In this document: piece by piece, positions 39,893 to 50,539 of the stretch
How positions within the stretch are numbered: position 1 is the stretch's first letter
How the letters are laid out: the number at the start of each line of letters is the position of its first letter
IMG/VR virus record: IMGVR_UViG_3300020045_005677
Coordinates: 32,001-96,000 of that record
From: a virus
Length of the DNA: 64,000 nt
Strand: one strand, 5' to 3'
Notes under the pieces: model-generated
Databases searched by the model: none
What the model was told of the DNA's origin: nothing
What the model saw: the letters and a program-made list of their open reading frames with translations, nothing else
Position numbers and translations under genes: made by a program

Positions 39893-41260
39893 ATGGCATT
39901 AGCAGATGAGCTAGAAGATATACCTGGAGATGAATTACCAGTACAAGAACCAGATGTAGTAGAGCCTTTTAAATATCATATTCCTAAAGATACTTACGAT
40001 AGTATAATTAGAGAATATGATACATCTGAAGATTATTCTATATTAGAATATATGGAAGGTAGTAAATGGACTGTTAATTACTATAATCAAAATTTAGGTA
40101 AAGATGATAGTGGTAAGTTATTAGATAGTGCTAATCCTCCAGCATTAAGACCATTAACTAAAATAGAGAATTTAGTATTAATAGTAGATTCTCCAATGAG
40201 TGAAAACCTATATGAATCTATGGAAGGTACAGCAATCTTTTATGCTGGTAAATTAAGACCTTATGTAGGTGATAACTTTGTAGTACCATTATTAAATAAA
40301 AGATTAGCTATATTCCAAATTACATCTGTAAAATTAAAGACTTATGTAAATAAAGATATTTATGCTGTAACTTATTCTGTATACTTATTTAACAATAATC
40401 AAGCTACTGAAGATTTCTTAATTATATTGGAACAATCTGTAAATAGAAAGTTTTATTATAATTCTGATTTTGTTAGAAATAGAAGTTCAGTATTATTAAC
40501 TAATGAAGAAAATAATAAGTATCAAGATGCTATTGGACAAATGGCTTATCTTTCTAGATTATGGTTGCAAACATTTAGAGACTTTAAAACAAATCTATTT
40601 TTAATTAACCAAACTTATTCTAGTATGGATAGAAACTTAGAAAAGTTTTTCTTATCTATAATAGAACAAGATGATTTAGAATCTTTTCCTAATTTTACTA
40701 ATACTACTTATTCTCCATTTGGTGGTAAGCTAGATAGATATACTATATTCGATTTGCTATTGGATAAAAAACATATTAGGCTAGATGATATTTGTCATAA
40801 AGCTGTAAAACTAACTTGTGCTGGCGGACTAGGTATAGATGTTAGGATTGGAGATTTATCTATATTAGGATTTGATTCTATTATATTTCCATATAAAGAC
40901 CTTAGGCATCTAGGAGATATAGATAGTGAAGGATGTCATATCTCATTAGACTTCGAAGTGGATACTGAGAGTATATTTAAAGGTGTATTATTACCAGACA
41001 TAGTAGGACTATCATTACAGGTAGGAATGTATTTATTTACTACTAACTTCTATAGTGCTAACAGAGACGGTTTAAGCACTCTAGAACTGTTAGTTTTAGA
41101 TTACATAGAAGATAGAGAGCTAGATACTACAAAACTGCTAGAATTGGCTAATAGCGTTAATAAATTTACATTATTAGAAAAGTTTTATTATTTACCAATA
41201 ATATATCTATTATTAAAATATTATAAGTACTATGCTTATAGTTTTGTTACTAAGGATTAA
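39893..41260 (+). CDS. Virion structural protein (phiKZ gp101-like by synteny)
   Basis: LEYMEGSKWTVNYYNQ and PYVGDNF motifs of phiKZ-like virion proteins. Confidence 0.6.
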   Translation: MALADELEDIPGDELPVQEPDVVEPFKYHIPKDTYDSIIREYDTSEDYSILEYMEGSKWTVNYYNQNLGKDDSGKLLDSANPPALRPLTKIENLVLIVDSPMSENLYESMEGTAIFYAGKLRPYVGDNFVVPLLNKRLAIFQITSVKLKTYVNKDIYAVTYSVYLFNNNQATEDFLIILEQSVNRKFYYNSDFVRNRSSVLLTNEENNKYQDAIGQMAYLSRLWLQTFRDFKTNLFLINQTYSSMDRNLEKFFLSIIEQDDLESFPNFTNTTYSPFGGKLDRYTIFDLLLDKKHIRLDDICHKAVKLTCAGGLGIDVRIGDLSILGFDSIIFPYKDLRHLGDIDSEGCHISLDFEVDTESIFKGVLLPDIVGLSLQVGMYLFTTNFYSANRDGLSTLELLVLDYIEDRELDTTKLLELANSVNKFTLLEKFYYLPIIYLLLKYYKYYAYSFVTKD

Positions 41261-41262
41261 AG

Positions 41263-41874
41263 ATGATTAAAAACTATACTAAAGCTACTGGAATTGAAAC
41301 TAGTAAATTATTAAGTAAAGATTTATTTAGTATTAAAATAGATATGGTAGCTGCTATGCAACTAAGAAATAATGGTACGGTAATATTAGAATCGGATGAA
41401 TATGGTAGAACGATAGCATTAGATAAAAATAGAAAAGAAGTGCTATATGCTACAATATATCAATTAGTAATCCTATATGAAAATGGACATAGAATTGAAG
41501 TAACAACTAGAGATGATGTAATTAATATTTATTCTTTAATTACTCAACATTTAACTAATGTAAACTATAGATTAAACGCTACACTAAACGATATAGGTAG
41601 TGGAGTGGATAATGATTCGTTATTATTATTAGCTAATCTAGCTGATACAATTTGTGATAATAATGCTATTCTATTAACAGATAGAGATTTAGAACATAGA
41701 CAAGAACAAAGAAAAAGATTTGCTGGAAACATTGGAGTATCTACAGATGATTTATTCTCTCATTTTGGATATGACTCTCCTAGCTTAAATAGTAGCTATA
41801 CAAGAAGAGATAGTGATGATAATCAAGCACATGAAGCAGTATTAAGACAAGCTAAGAAAGCACAAAGATATTAA
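41263..41874 (+). CDS. Conserved hypothetical protein
   Basis: TIYQLVILYENG..I segment; follows the structural genes. Confidence 0.6.
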   Translation: MIKNYTKATGIETSKLLSKDLFSIKIDMVAAMQLRNNGTVILESDEYGRTIALDKNRKEVLYATIYQLVILYENGHRIEVTTRDDVINIYSLITQHLTNVNYRLNATLNDIGSGVDNDSLLLLANLADTICDNNAILLTDRDLEHRQEQRKRFAGNIGVSTDDLFSHFGYDSPSLNSSYTRRDSDDNQAHEAVLRQAKKAQRY

Positions 41875-41895
41875 AATTAAATTAAGGATAAGTAG

Positions 41896-43101
41896 ATGAA
41901 AAAGAATGTATTTAAAATAACAAAAGATATTAAAGCTGGAATAGAAAAGATTCAAGAGTTTAAAAGATTAAATGGTGATGAAGTAGATGAGTATTTGGAA
42001 ATGTTAGCTAACTTCTTTAGAAATAATAGTTTATCTATTATGGCTCTAATAGATATAGCTAAAACATATGAAAATACTTCTATTAAAAATACAGAAATGA
42101 TTACTGAGATATTAAGAGACGAATCTATATTAGAAGGATTGATTACAGCTAAAGCCAAAGAAGTATTAAATACAATGCTAAGTGATGTAGAGACTCTAAA
42201 TAGAGTAGTAATGATTAACAATAATGAAAATATTGTATATGCTGGAAAGATAGCTAAATTAGCTGAAGTACATTATAGAAGTGTAATGGATTTTACTCCA
42301 TCTGTTGAACTAAAAGATATGCTAAATGGATTTGACTCTACATTATTAGGTTCTATTAATCTAATGGATATCTTTAAAGATAGAATGGCTAAAAATAGTC
42401 CTAAAACTATTGAAGACTTCTATGCTATATTAGGAATAGAAAACACTGTATCTATATTATCTAAATATAGTAATATGTCAGAGAGTGATACTTTAGATTT
42501 AGCAAAAGATTATGTTAAGAAAACAGGAATGATACTAGCTAGATATTATTTCCCAATATCTGTTTTAAATAGTTCATTTCCAAATGCAAATGCTTCTATT
42601 GGTAAATATATAGATATGTTAATTTCTAATAAGATGGGTATTACTAAAGTAGATGATTCTGATACTATAGAATTTATAGAACCAACTTATCAAAATTCTA
42701 TAAACATACTATCTGGAATTAGTATAAATGAATCAGGTTTAGTATATGAGCCAGATATTGACAGTTTAGATTTAGCAGACTTAGTAGAGTTATTAGCTAA
42801 AATGTTTACTCTAGTGTCATCTGTATTTATATTAAGAAAACAAGAAGATATTTCTAGATTTAATATTTTAAAAGATAATCTATTTAAAGTAGTAAATGAA
42901 TTGTATACTTCTCAAGATGGAGAATGGTTAGATTCATTCTTAGATTTAATAGAAGCTGACACAACTAGAAATAAAAAGATAGATATGGAAGTATCTAAAT
43001 ATTTAAGAAGCGATTATGATTTAGGTAGCTTTAAAGATTTCCAAGATATATTAGATAAAGCAGCTATCTTTACATCAATGATTTTAACTAATAAAGGATA
43101 A
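41896..43101 (+). CDS. Probable virion protein
   Basis: 401-aa ORF in the structural operon. Confidence 0.55.
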   Translation: MKKNVFKITKDIKAGIEKIQEFKRLNGDEVDEYLEMLANFFRNNSLSIMALIDIAKTYENTSIKNTEMITEILRDESILEGLITAKAKEVLNTMLSDVETLNRVVMINNNENIVYAGKIAKLAEVHYRSVMDFTPSVELKDMLNGFDSTLLGSINLMDIFKDRMAKNSPKTIEDFYAILGIENTVSILSKYSNMSESDTLDLAKDYVKKTGMILARYYFPISVLNSSFPNANASIGKYIDMLISNKMGITKVDDSDTIEFIEPTYQNSINILSGISINESGLVYEPDIDSLDLADLVELLAKMFTLVSSVFILRKQEDISRFNILKDNLFKVVNELYTSQDGEWLDSFLDLIEADTTRNKKIDMEVSKYLRSDYDLGSFKDFQDILDKAAIFTSMILTNKG

Positions 43102-43104
43102 GAA

Positions 43105-44451
43105 ATGAGAAGTGATGCAGCTATGAACAATATGTTATTAGATGTTGATATAGATAGAATTAAAAAGAATCATGATGTATCGAAGAATGTATCTACATAT
43201 AATGCAATACTTCACTTACCTAATAAAGACATAGAACTAGACTATCTAGTCTATGTCGATACTACTAGCGACTATAATCAATCTGTGACTGATTCTATTA
43301 CTATTCAATTTGTAGTAATGAATGGTGTATTTCATAAAGAGATAGTACCAAATATAGATACTCTATTTATTACATTAATTAAGAGAGATGGAATAGATAA
43401 GAAAACAAATAGATATAAGTTTGTGATAGCTAATCATACTTCTGCTAATGTAGGAAATATGACTACCAACAATAATCAAGAAGAATTAGATAAAGAAGGA
43501 ATGAAAGTAGTCTATGGACAAGCTATTAACATATCGTATTATGCTACTAGATTAATTACATCATCTGCTACATTAACTGGTGTATCTATAGAAAAAGCAA
43601 TTATAGCTTCATTTAACGATTTCTTTAATTCTACTAGAGAAATATCTATTAATGGAAAACCTATTAAGCTAGATACTTTAAATCTAGATACTCCAGATAA
43701 TTCTAATATCTATAATGCTATTGTATTTCCTACTAAAACTGGAATATATGATTTAGCTACTCAGCTACAAGATGACTATGGTGTATATAATGGTCATATA
43801 GGTACTTATATCAGTAATGAAAAAGTAGATGATGCTTGGATAGATGTAATCTCTATTTATCCACTGTATAATCCAGAAGCAGTAAAGAATAGAAAAAGAA
43901 GATTAAGAATATTTGCAGCTAAAGGAATTACTACTCAATTTTTAGATGTATCATTTGTAGATAGTAAAAATACATTAGATATAATCTGTAGCGCAGAGAC
44001 ATCTTCTAAACAAATCTTTTCTCAACATTCTAGTAATAGTGGAGCTGGTTATAGTATGTTAGACGCTAACTATATTACTAAGGGTAATACTATAGATGAT
44101 TCTAGAAAAGTAGGTAATGATAGTAAGTTATATAACAAAGAAGCATATGATAAAAAAGATGGTGTACCTTTTACATACAATGCTGGTATATCTTCTAACA
44201 CCTATGAACAAAGAAGTGATGTGCTTAGACAAAAAGGGACCCTTATTTCTATACCTTGGAATTTTAGTAGACCAGAGTTAGTGTATCCTGGAATGACTAC
44301 AGAATACATATTTGAAAATGTAGAAAATAATATTCCTAAATTAAAAACTTTAAATGGTATAGTACAAAGAATAGATACTAGAGTGGATATAAATAAAAAA
44401 ACAAGTTCTTCAAGTATTTTTATATTTTTGAATAATGAGTTTAGTAAATAA
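43105..44451 (+). CDS. Virion structural protein, baseplate hub-like
   Basis: LQDDYGVY..HIG.Y, IYPLYN and W..SRPELVYPGM motifs typical of phiKZ-like hub proteins. Confidence 0.55.
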   Translation: MRSDAAMNNMLLDVDIDRIKKNHDVSKNVSTYNAILHLPNKDIELDYLVYVDTTSDYNQSVTDSITIQFVVMNGVFHKEIVPNIDTLFITLIKRDGIDKKTNRYKFVIANHTSANVGNMTTNNNQEELDKEGMKVVYGQAINISYYATRLITSSATLTGVSIEKAIIASFNDFFNSTREISINGKPIKLDTLNLDTPDNSNIYNAIVFPTKTGIYDLATQLQDDYGVYNGHIGTYISNEKVDDAWIDVISIYPLYNPEAVKNRKRRLRIFAAKGITTQFLDVSFVDSKNTLDIICSAETSSKQIFSQHSSNSGAGYSMLDANYITKGNTIDDSRKVGNDSKLYNKEAYDKKDGVPFTYNAGISSNTYEQRSDVLRQKGTLISIPWNFSRPELVYPGMTTEYIFENVENNIPKLKTLNGIVQRIDTRVDINKKTSSSSIFIFLNNEFSK

Positions 44452-44463
44452 TTAGGAGAAACA

Positions 44464-44838
44464 ATGCTACATGAAGTAAGAGATAATTTAAATAGTTTAA
44501 TTACTATTAATAAGACAAGTGATAGAACATATACTGCTGAGTATAATGATAAGTTAGTATATCAAGAGATTGATAAGGTAATAAGTATATTTGGAGATGT
44601 AAAATTATATTCAGATAGTGTTAATAATACATTAGCTGATAATATATTAAAAAGAGTAATAGCTGATATCTTTATAAATAAATTTAAAGAAGAAGCCATC
44701 TCTGAATCTCAAGTAGCTACAATAGAACATAAGTATTTAGATAAGCCCAATAAGCTCTTGTTCTCTGTAAATAAAATAGAAGAGAAAGAATGGGGTAAAG
44801 GTATAATTTACTCTATGAAAGATACAGCATTTATTTAA
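44464..44838 (+). CDS. Hypothetical protein
   Basis: AGGAG RBS. Confidence 0.65.
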   Translation: MLHEVRDNLNSLITINKTSDRTYTAEYNDKLVYQEIDKVISIFGDVKLYSDSVNNTLADNILKRVIADIFINKFKEEAISESQVATIEHKYLDKPNKLLFSVNKIEEKEWGKGIIYSMKDTAFI

Positions 44839-44852
44839 TCGACAATAAAGTA

Positions 44853-44890
44853 TAGAATATGTAATAGAAATTAATCTATTACATATTCTA
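44853..44890. terminator. Bidirectional terminator (16-bp perfect stem)
   Basis: TAGAATATGTAATAGA-aattaa-TCTATTACATATTCTA between convergent genes. Confidence 0.75.
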
Positions 44891-45515
44891 CTGTTGGGCC
44901 TGCTACTGGTGCAGTCTCTAATTTATCTTTAATTTCTTCTGGTGTTAGCTTATTAGAATATTTACTTACAATATCTTTAAAAGCTGCAGCTCTTTCTATA
45001 TTAGGAGCATGATTTATTACTGCATTAGTTAATTTATCTTCTATAGAATTTAAATGTGTTTTTAATTCTTCATCTGTATTATATAGAGGATGTTTTACAC
45101 CATTAGTTTCACCTTCTAAAGCGATTACCATAGTTCTTTCTCTAATAGCATTATTCTCTTCAGTATTTAAGATTGGAATATCATTAAACAAAGCAGGAAC
45201 TCTATCTACTACATTACCTTCTTCATTAATTAAATCTACAGGCATATGACCACCACCAGCAATCTTTAGCCATTTTCTAGAAGTCTCTTCATCTATTTTA
45301 TCATTTGTAATCATATCTTCAAATTTGGTTACAAAGTCTGATTTAAAATATCCTACTGGTACTTTAGATACTGGTCTGTCTAATTCTAATAGAGGCCCAG
45401 TAATTTCATTTAGTCCTTCTACTATAGCAGCTTCTTCTTGTTTTATTAATTCTTGGAATACGCTATCAGTATTATTCTGTTCTACTCTAACATATTCTTT
45501 TTTTACATCATTCAT
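44871..45515 (-). CDS. Conserved phiKZ-like hypothetical protein
   Basis: WLKIAGG..PVDLI.....V.RVPALF motif. Confidence 0.6.
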   Translation of the reverse strand: MNDVKKEYVRVEQNNTDSVFQELIKQEEAAIVEGLNEITGPLLELDRPVSKVPVGYFKSDFVTKFEDMITNDKIDEETSRKWLKIAGGGHMPVDLINEEGNVVDRVPALFNDIPILNTEENNAIRERTMVIALEGETNGVKHPLYNTDEELKTHLNSIEDKLTNAVINHAPNIERAAAFKDIVSKYSNKLTPEEIKDKLETAPVAGPTVEYVID

Positions 45516-45547
45516 CTTGCTCCCCTTGTTGGCTCTAATAATATATT

Positions 45548-45931
45548 TTATTTATAATCAGACATATCTATATCTCCAGTGTAGTTCCCACTAACATTAT
45601 CACTGTCGATTACATCTATTTTAATACCTATTCTCTTTACCAGTATTATCTGGTCTATATCTTCATTGTTATTGAATTCTATGTTTATCTCTGCTGATAC
45701 AAAATATCTTTTATACATACTAGTTAAAGCATTCTTTAGCTCTATAATAAATTCGTTGGGATTGCTACCATACTGAGCTATCAACCACTTCATAGAACAA
45801 GTTTGTTTTTGAAAGTAATTAGATTGGTCTTTATCACTAGCTAAAAAATAATTTAATAATTTCTCTATCTTTAAACTTGGATTAGTAATTAGCTTAGCAG
45901 TTGATAAAGATAATACATTTCTATTTTCCAT
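45548..45931 (-). CDS. Conserved phiKZ-like protein (gp25-like wedge/sheath initiator?)
   Basis: Start reassigned to MENR (AGGAG RBS); LSTA..ITNP..KIEKLL.YF..SD..QS motif. Confidence 0.5.
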   Translation of the reverse strand: MENRNVLSLSTAKLITNPSLKIEKLLNYFLASDKDQSNYFQKQTCSMKWLIAQYGSNPNEFIIELKNALTSMYKRYFVSAEINIEFNNNEDIDQIILVKRIGIKIDVIDSDNVSGNYTGDIDMSDYK

Positions 45932-46036
45932 TTTTCTTCTTCTCCTATGTGTAGATAAAAAATCATACAAATATCTATCTGGCAATGATAAAATGAGCAT
46001 TTTAGAAGATATACTCGGATATAGGAAAATAGTAAA

Positions 46037-47173
46037 ATGAAAACAAAAGAAATAGGTATATTACATATTACAGATATACACTTTGGACACAAGAAAAATA
46101 GTGCTAGTGAAATAGCTATTAATCTAAAGATGTTAATATCTGATAATTATAACACTATTAAAAATACTGTAAAGATAATAGGATTAGGTGGAGATGAGTT
46201 TGATGATGCTTTATCTGTAATGGCCGAAGACTCAGCTGTAATATTAGATTTCTTTTTATGGCTATGTAACTTTGCTAGTAGAAATAATATTATAGTTAGA
46301 TGTATAGAAGGAACAAACTCTCATTCGTATAAACAAATGAAAACTATAGCTGATGCTATAGTAGCTAGTGAAATTAAAGTAGACTTTAAATATGTAGATA
46401 ATATCTCTATAGAATATATTCCATCTCTAAATATTAATATACTCTATATACCTGATGAGATGAATGGTAATAATGCTAGTAAGACTATTAAACAAGTAAG
46501 AACATTATTAAGAAAATTAAATTTAAAGTATGTAGATATAGCATTTATGCATGGAGCTTTTAATTATCAATTACCAATGGTAAAGCTAGATTCTAACCAT
46601 ATTGAATCTGATTATTTAGAAATAGTAAAACATTATATACTAATAGGTCATGTACATACACATAGTGTCTTTGATAGAATAATAGCTACTGGTAGTCCAG
46701 ATAGATTAAAACATGGAGAAGAAGAAGATAAAGGAATAATACTAGCAATTATTAATCTAGATGATAGAAGTAAAAATAGATATTTGTTTTTAGTAAATAA
46801 AAGAGCTAAGATATTCAATACTTATTATTTAAAAGATATGAGCTTAGAAGATATAAATAAAAGATTATCTAAAGAGTTTAAAAAATTAAAAGATGGTAGT
46901 TATGTTAGATTAGCTACTACTTCTAATAATATATTTAGTAGAGATATATTAACTAGCTTAAAGAAGTTATATACTAATATTATTTTTACTAGTGATAAAG
47001 TAGATAATAAAAAAATATCTATATTCGATAATAAGTTATCTGAAAAGAAAGTAGTAGAAGCTTTTGCTATTACTAAGGATAATATAGTACCATTGATACT
47101 AGAGGTAGCTATAGACAAGTTAAATGGTATAGACATAGAAATACTAAATAAAGAATTAAAAGCTTTATTATAG
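46037..47173 (+). CDS. sbcD: SbcD/Mre11-like metallophosphoesterase nuclease
   Basis: HITDIHFGH, GGDEFD, EGTNSH, MHGAF, GHVHTH and GSPDRL..GEE..KG motifs. Confidence 0.85.
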   Translation: MKTKEIGILHITDIHFGHKKNSASEIAINLKMLISDNYNTIKNTVKIIGLGGDEFDDALSVMAEDSAVILDFFLWLCNFASRNNIIVRCIEGTNSHSYKQMKTIADAIVASEIKVDFKYVDNISIEYIPSLNINILYIPDEMNGNNASKTIKQVRTLLRKLNLKYVDIAFMHGAFNYQLPMVKLDSNHIESDYLEIVKHYILIGHVHTHSVFDRIIATGSPDRLKHGEEEDKGIILAIINLDDRSKNRYLFLVNKRAKIFNTYYLKDMSLEDINKRLSKEFKKLKDGSYVRLATTSNNIFSRDILTSLKKLYTNIIFTSDKVDNKKISIFDNKLSEKKVVEAFAITKDNIVPLILEVAIDKLNGIDIEILNKELKALL

Positions 47174-47192
47174 CGTTCAAATTGTTTATAAA

Positions 47193-47202
47193 CACATATT
47201 AT
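47193..47202 (+). promoter_or_regulatory. Phage promoter motif CACATATTAT
   Basis: Copy of the recurrent motif upstream of the operon leading to thyX. Confidence 0.65.
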
Positions 47203-47254
47203 AAGAGTAGTATATCATTATACAAAATTAAACATAAGTAAAGGAAATAGAGAG

Positions 47255-47848
47255 ATGAAAGAGAATGTAAATTATTTTACTATCAGACCTGAAGATTTAG
47301 AAGAGATAGCAGAATTTCCCTTTAAGCCATTTGCAAAAGCAAGATGGACAATAGATGGTGTAAAGAAACAAGCAAATAAATTTGGTACAGAATTTGTATA
47401 TTTTGTTACAATTACACTAGAGCCTATTAGAAGAAAGAACAATGATAGATTTAATCCTGAAAGCCTACAAGTAACTCTACAGTCTAATCAGATACTTAAG
47501 ATTGATACATTAGGTATAAATAGATTAAAACTTAAAGTATCTAACTTAGCTAGAGCATTTAGAATTAAAACTAAACATTTAAATGGTGACTTAAGAGAAC
47601 TATATAAATATAAAGAGATTTTAAAAATAGATGAAGATAGAGTATCTGTTATTTTAATATCTAAGAAAAATAGATTACTATTAGATAATTCTTTATTATT
47701 AGGATATAAAGAAGATGAAGGTTTTAGATTTTATCTAAATGGAAATATAAAAGTAACTGATGAGCATTTAGCATTAATTCATTCTTTAAAGTTTTTTCCA
47801 GCTTCACCTTGGTATATTAAAAACAGTAGTGAGAATGTAGGAGAGTAA
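47255..47848 (+). CDS. Hypothetical protein
   Basis: AAGGA RBS; basic 197-aa ORF. Confidence 0.7.
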   Translation: MKENVNYFTIRPEDLEEIAEFPFKPFAKARWTIDGVKKQANKFGTEFVYFVTITLEPIRRKNNDRFNPESLQVTLQSNQILKIDTLGINRLKLKVSNLARAFRIKTKHLNGDLRELYKYKEILKIDEDRVSVILISKKNRLLLDNSLLLGYKEDEGFRFYLNGNIKVTDEHLALIHSLKFFPASPWYIKNSSENVGE

Positions 47849-47850
47849 TT

Positions 47851-48099
47851 ATGGAAGCTAATAAGTTTTATTGTAAAGAATGTGGTACAGAAGTTGAGGT
47901 ATCTAGTTTTAAAGAAATATTAGATAGAAGTAAATTGTGTAGTGATTGTGGTAGACCTAATCTAGCTAGAGATACTAAGCTCAATCATGGAAACAGAAAG
48001 AAAAGATTAGACAGAACAAAAGCTAAAAGATTACAACAGGCTAAAGAAGATTATGATAAAAAAAATAATAGAAATTATATAAAAGATGATTCCGATTAG
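47851..48099 (+). CDS. Small zinc-ribbon protein
   Basis: CKECG...CSDCG, followed by a basic tail. Confidence 0.7.
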   Translation: MEANKFYCKECGTEVEVSSFKEILDRSKLCSDCGRPNLARDTKLNHGNRKKRLDRTKAKRLQQAKEDYDKKNNRNYIKDDSD

Positions 48100-48108
48100 G
48101 AGGGACAA

Positions 48109-48537
48109 ATGAATAAGATAAAAGCAAATCTAGCTTATCTATTAAATCTTATTAATGTTGATGTAATGATGGGCATAGATAAAGATTTGGAAATAGAAAT
48201 AGATAAGAAGTTACTTAATAGTATTACTACATTATCTAGTCCAGATGGACTAGAAGACAATAAGAGTATTGCTGAGATGGTATTAAATGTAATTAAATTA
48301 AATAAGGTATTAGCTAAATATGATTTAACCATTATAGTAAAGTTTATATCTGATATACCATTAGATGCAGAATATAATAAACCTACTTATTTATTAACAA
48401 ATGGTGTAGTAAATTTAGAGAGTTATATAATGGTAGAAGATATAGCAGCTAGAAAAGAAAAATATTACTATTTCATATCTGGTGAATTATTACTAGATAT
48501 GTTAAAAAGAAGAGGATGTAAACAATTGCTTAGATAG
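48109..48537 (+). CDS. Hypothetical protein
   Basis: AGGAGG RBS. Confidence 0.7.
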   Translation: MNKIKANLAYLLNLINVDVMMGIDKDLEIEIDKKLLNSITTLSSPDGLEDNKSIAEMVLNVIKLNKVLAKYDLTIIVKFISDIPLDAEYNKPTYLLTNGVVNLESYIMVEDIAARKEKYYYFISGELLLDMLKRRGCKQLLR

Positions 48538-48547
48538 GAGAAAAATA

Positions 48548-49063
48548 ATGAGAAATGATATAGAAAATATACAAGCAGAATTAAGACTTGAAATAGAGTC
48601 TTACTCTTCTGCTTGTGAGTCTGTAAACAATGATGTTATATTTAATAATATAATTAAAAATATGGCTTATATTAATAAGCAATTAGACAGTGAATTTAAA
48701 TTAGGTAGATTTAGAAAGATTATTGGTAATGAATTTACTAGGGTAGTTAGAGGATTAGATGTCCATACACAAATGATGATTAGTGGGTATGAAGAGTATA
48801 TGCTATATGTGGATAACATTAGTATATACATGGAGAATGATATATTTTTTTTAGTCTATAAAGATGGTAGTAAAAGAGAAATTACAAAAAAAGAATTATG
48901 TCCCGAGACATTTGTATCAGATGGAACTGATTTTATATCTGCAATTGATATTAGTTCTACTATTATTCCTGAAGAGAATAAAGTATTAAGAGTATATTTA
49001 TCTACATATGGTAAATATTTTGTAATAGAACTTAAGCCGCAAGAAGGGAAAAAGAAAAAATGA
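48548..49063 (+). CDS. Hypothetical protein
   Basis: AGGAG RBS. Confidence 0.7.
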   Translation: MRNDIENIQAELRLEIESYSSACESVNNDVIFNNIIKNMAYINKQLDSEFKLGRFRKIIGNEFTRVVRGLDVHTQMMISGYEEYMLYVDNISIYMENDIFFLVYKDGSKREITKKELCPETFVSDGTDFISAIDISSTIIPEENKVLRVYLSTYGKYFVIELKPQEGKKKK

Positions 49064-49488
49064 TTTTAGAGTTTTTACATAACCACTTAGTAGGACAAAA
49101 TATACCAGCTTTAACAATGCTATTATATTTTGTTACAGTATTTTTTAGAATAGATAATTATGGTAAAGCCAATCTGCTATATCCTATACATGAACTTAAA
49201 TCTCATTTTGACAGGAGTGATAGTAGCAAAGATAAAGCAAAAGTATTTACTACATTAACATATGTAGTTCTTATTAGTTTATTAGTGTATGAAACAACAG
49301 TTAATACTTCTAAATCAATAATGGATGTATATTGGATAGCAATAATTATTATTTACAATATAGCCGCATTGGTATCTTGGATAATAACAAATATAAAAAC
49401 AAATAAAGCAAAGATATTTCTTTCCTTATTGATTATTGTATTAATAGAAACAGTTTTGTTATTTATATTTAAACACACTTGGCATTAA
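49060..49488 (+). CDS. Four-TM membrane protein
   Basis: Four hydrophobic segments; ATGA coupling. Confidence 0.7.
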   Translation: MILEFLHNHLVGQNIPALTMLLYFVTVFFRIDNYGKANLLYPIHELKSHFDRSDSSKDKAKVFTTLTYVVLISLLVYETTVNTSKSIMDVYWIAIIIIYNIAALVSWIITNIKTNKAKIFLSLLIIVLIETVLLFIFKHTWH

Positions 49489-49506
49489 TAATATTAAGGA
49501 AAAAGA

Positions 49507-50442
49507 ATGAATGTAATTAAATTTGGAACAGAGCCAATTAACTCTAAGCTAAACCTATTAGGAGATGATATAGGTTTTATAAAGCAATACGATTTTAGTA
49601 CTGCTAATGTAGATGATTCACATAGGATACATGCAGTAACTAGTGTAGCCAGTATATGTTATAACACTGAACATAAATCAATAGGTTCTAAGAGTCTATA
49701 TGATAGACTAGGATTAGAATCTGGTGGCGTGCCATCATCTAGTTTTGAATTTATTCCTGTATTGATTAGTGAATTTGAATTTGAACAAGAGACTAGAAAG
49801 TCTACTGTAATTAGTTTAATAGATTTAAAGATAGCTAAACATTCTATACTTGTTAAAAGTAAAGAAGGCTTAAGATATAGATTAACTAATTATAGAGCTG
49901 TAGTTCATGATTATGAATTAACAAATGGTGAAGTAGACTTTAGAAAACATTACAATCATAAAGAGTATGAAATTAAAATCATTAGAGAAAACTTCTTTGT
50001 ATTCTTAGCTAAGATAGATTTATCTACTAGAGCCCAACTAGTAAGACATAGAATGTTAAATTTTCAAGAGAGAAGTAGAAGATATGTATCTGGTAAGAAA
50101 TTACCATTTGATTTCTATTTAGAAGATAAAGTAAAAGCTACTAAACTTAAATTCTACGATATAGATTTAGAATCTCCATCTGTAGATAAAAACTTAAATA
50201 CATTAAATGTAGATGCAGAGAGATTAGCTAAAATGTCTGTAGACTTATATAATCAAGCATTAGAAGATGGTGTTAAACCTCAAGCTGCTAGAAGATTAAT
50301 ATTACAAGCTATGTATACAGATATATGGATTGGATTTAACTCAGAGACATTAGCTGAATTCCTAGAGAGAAGAACTGAAGCAGATGCACAAATAGAGATT
50401 AGAAATTTAGCATTAGGTATTCAAGAGCTAGTAGCTAGTTAG
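49507..50442 (+). CDS. thyX: FAD-dependent thymidylate synthase ThyX
   Basis: Signature RHR-x7-S-x-R-Y (RHRMLNFQERSRRY), plus PQAARR...QAMYT and AQ.EIR.LA. Confidence 0.92.
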   Translation: MNVIKFGTEPINSKLNLLGDDIGFIKQYDFSTANVDDSHRIHAVTSVASICYNTEHKSIGSKSLYDRLGLESGGVPSSSFEFIPVLISEFEFEQETRKSTVISLIDLKIAKHSILVKSKEGLRYRLTNYRAVVHDYELTNGEVDFRKHYNHKEYEIKIIRENFFVFLAKIDLSTRAQLVRHRMLNFQERSRRYVSGKKLPFDFYLEDKVKATKLKFYDIDLESPSVDKNLNTLNVDAERLAKMSVDLYNQALEDGVKPQAARRLILQAMYTDIWIGFNSETLAEFLERRTEADAQIEIRNLALGIQELVAS

Positions 50443-50472
50443 TTATATTATGAAACCTTTAAATATTGAATG

Positions 50473-50500
50473 TACTGTTATATAGAAATATATAACAGTA
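50473..50500 (+). terminator. Hairpin with GAAA loop between thyX and holB
   Basis: TACTGTTATATA-gaaa-TATATAACAGTA, followed by a T-rich run. Confidence 0.6.
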
Positions 50501-50539
50501 TGTTTTATTTTGTCCATCTAAAATTAAATAGGAGTATAA

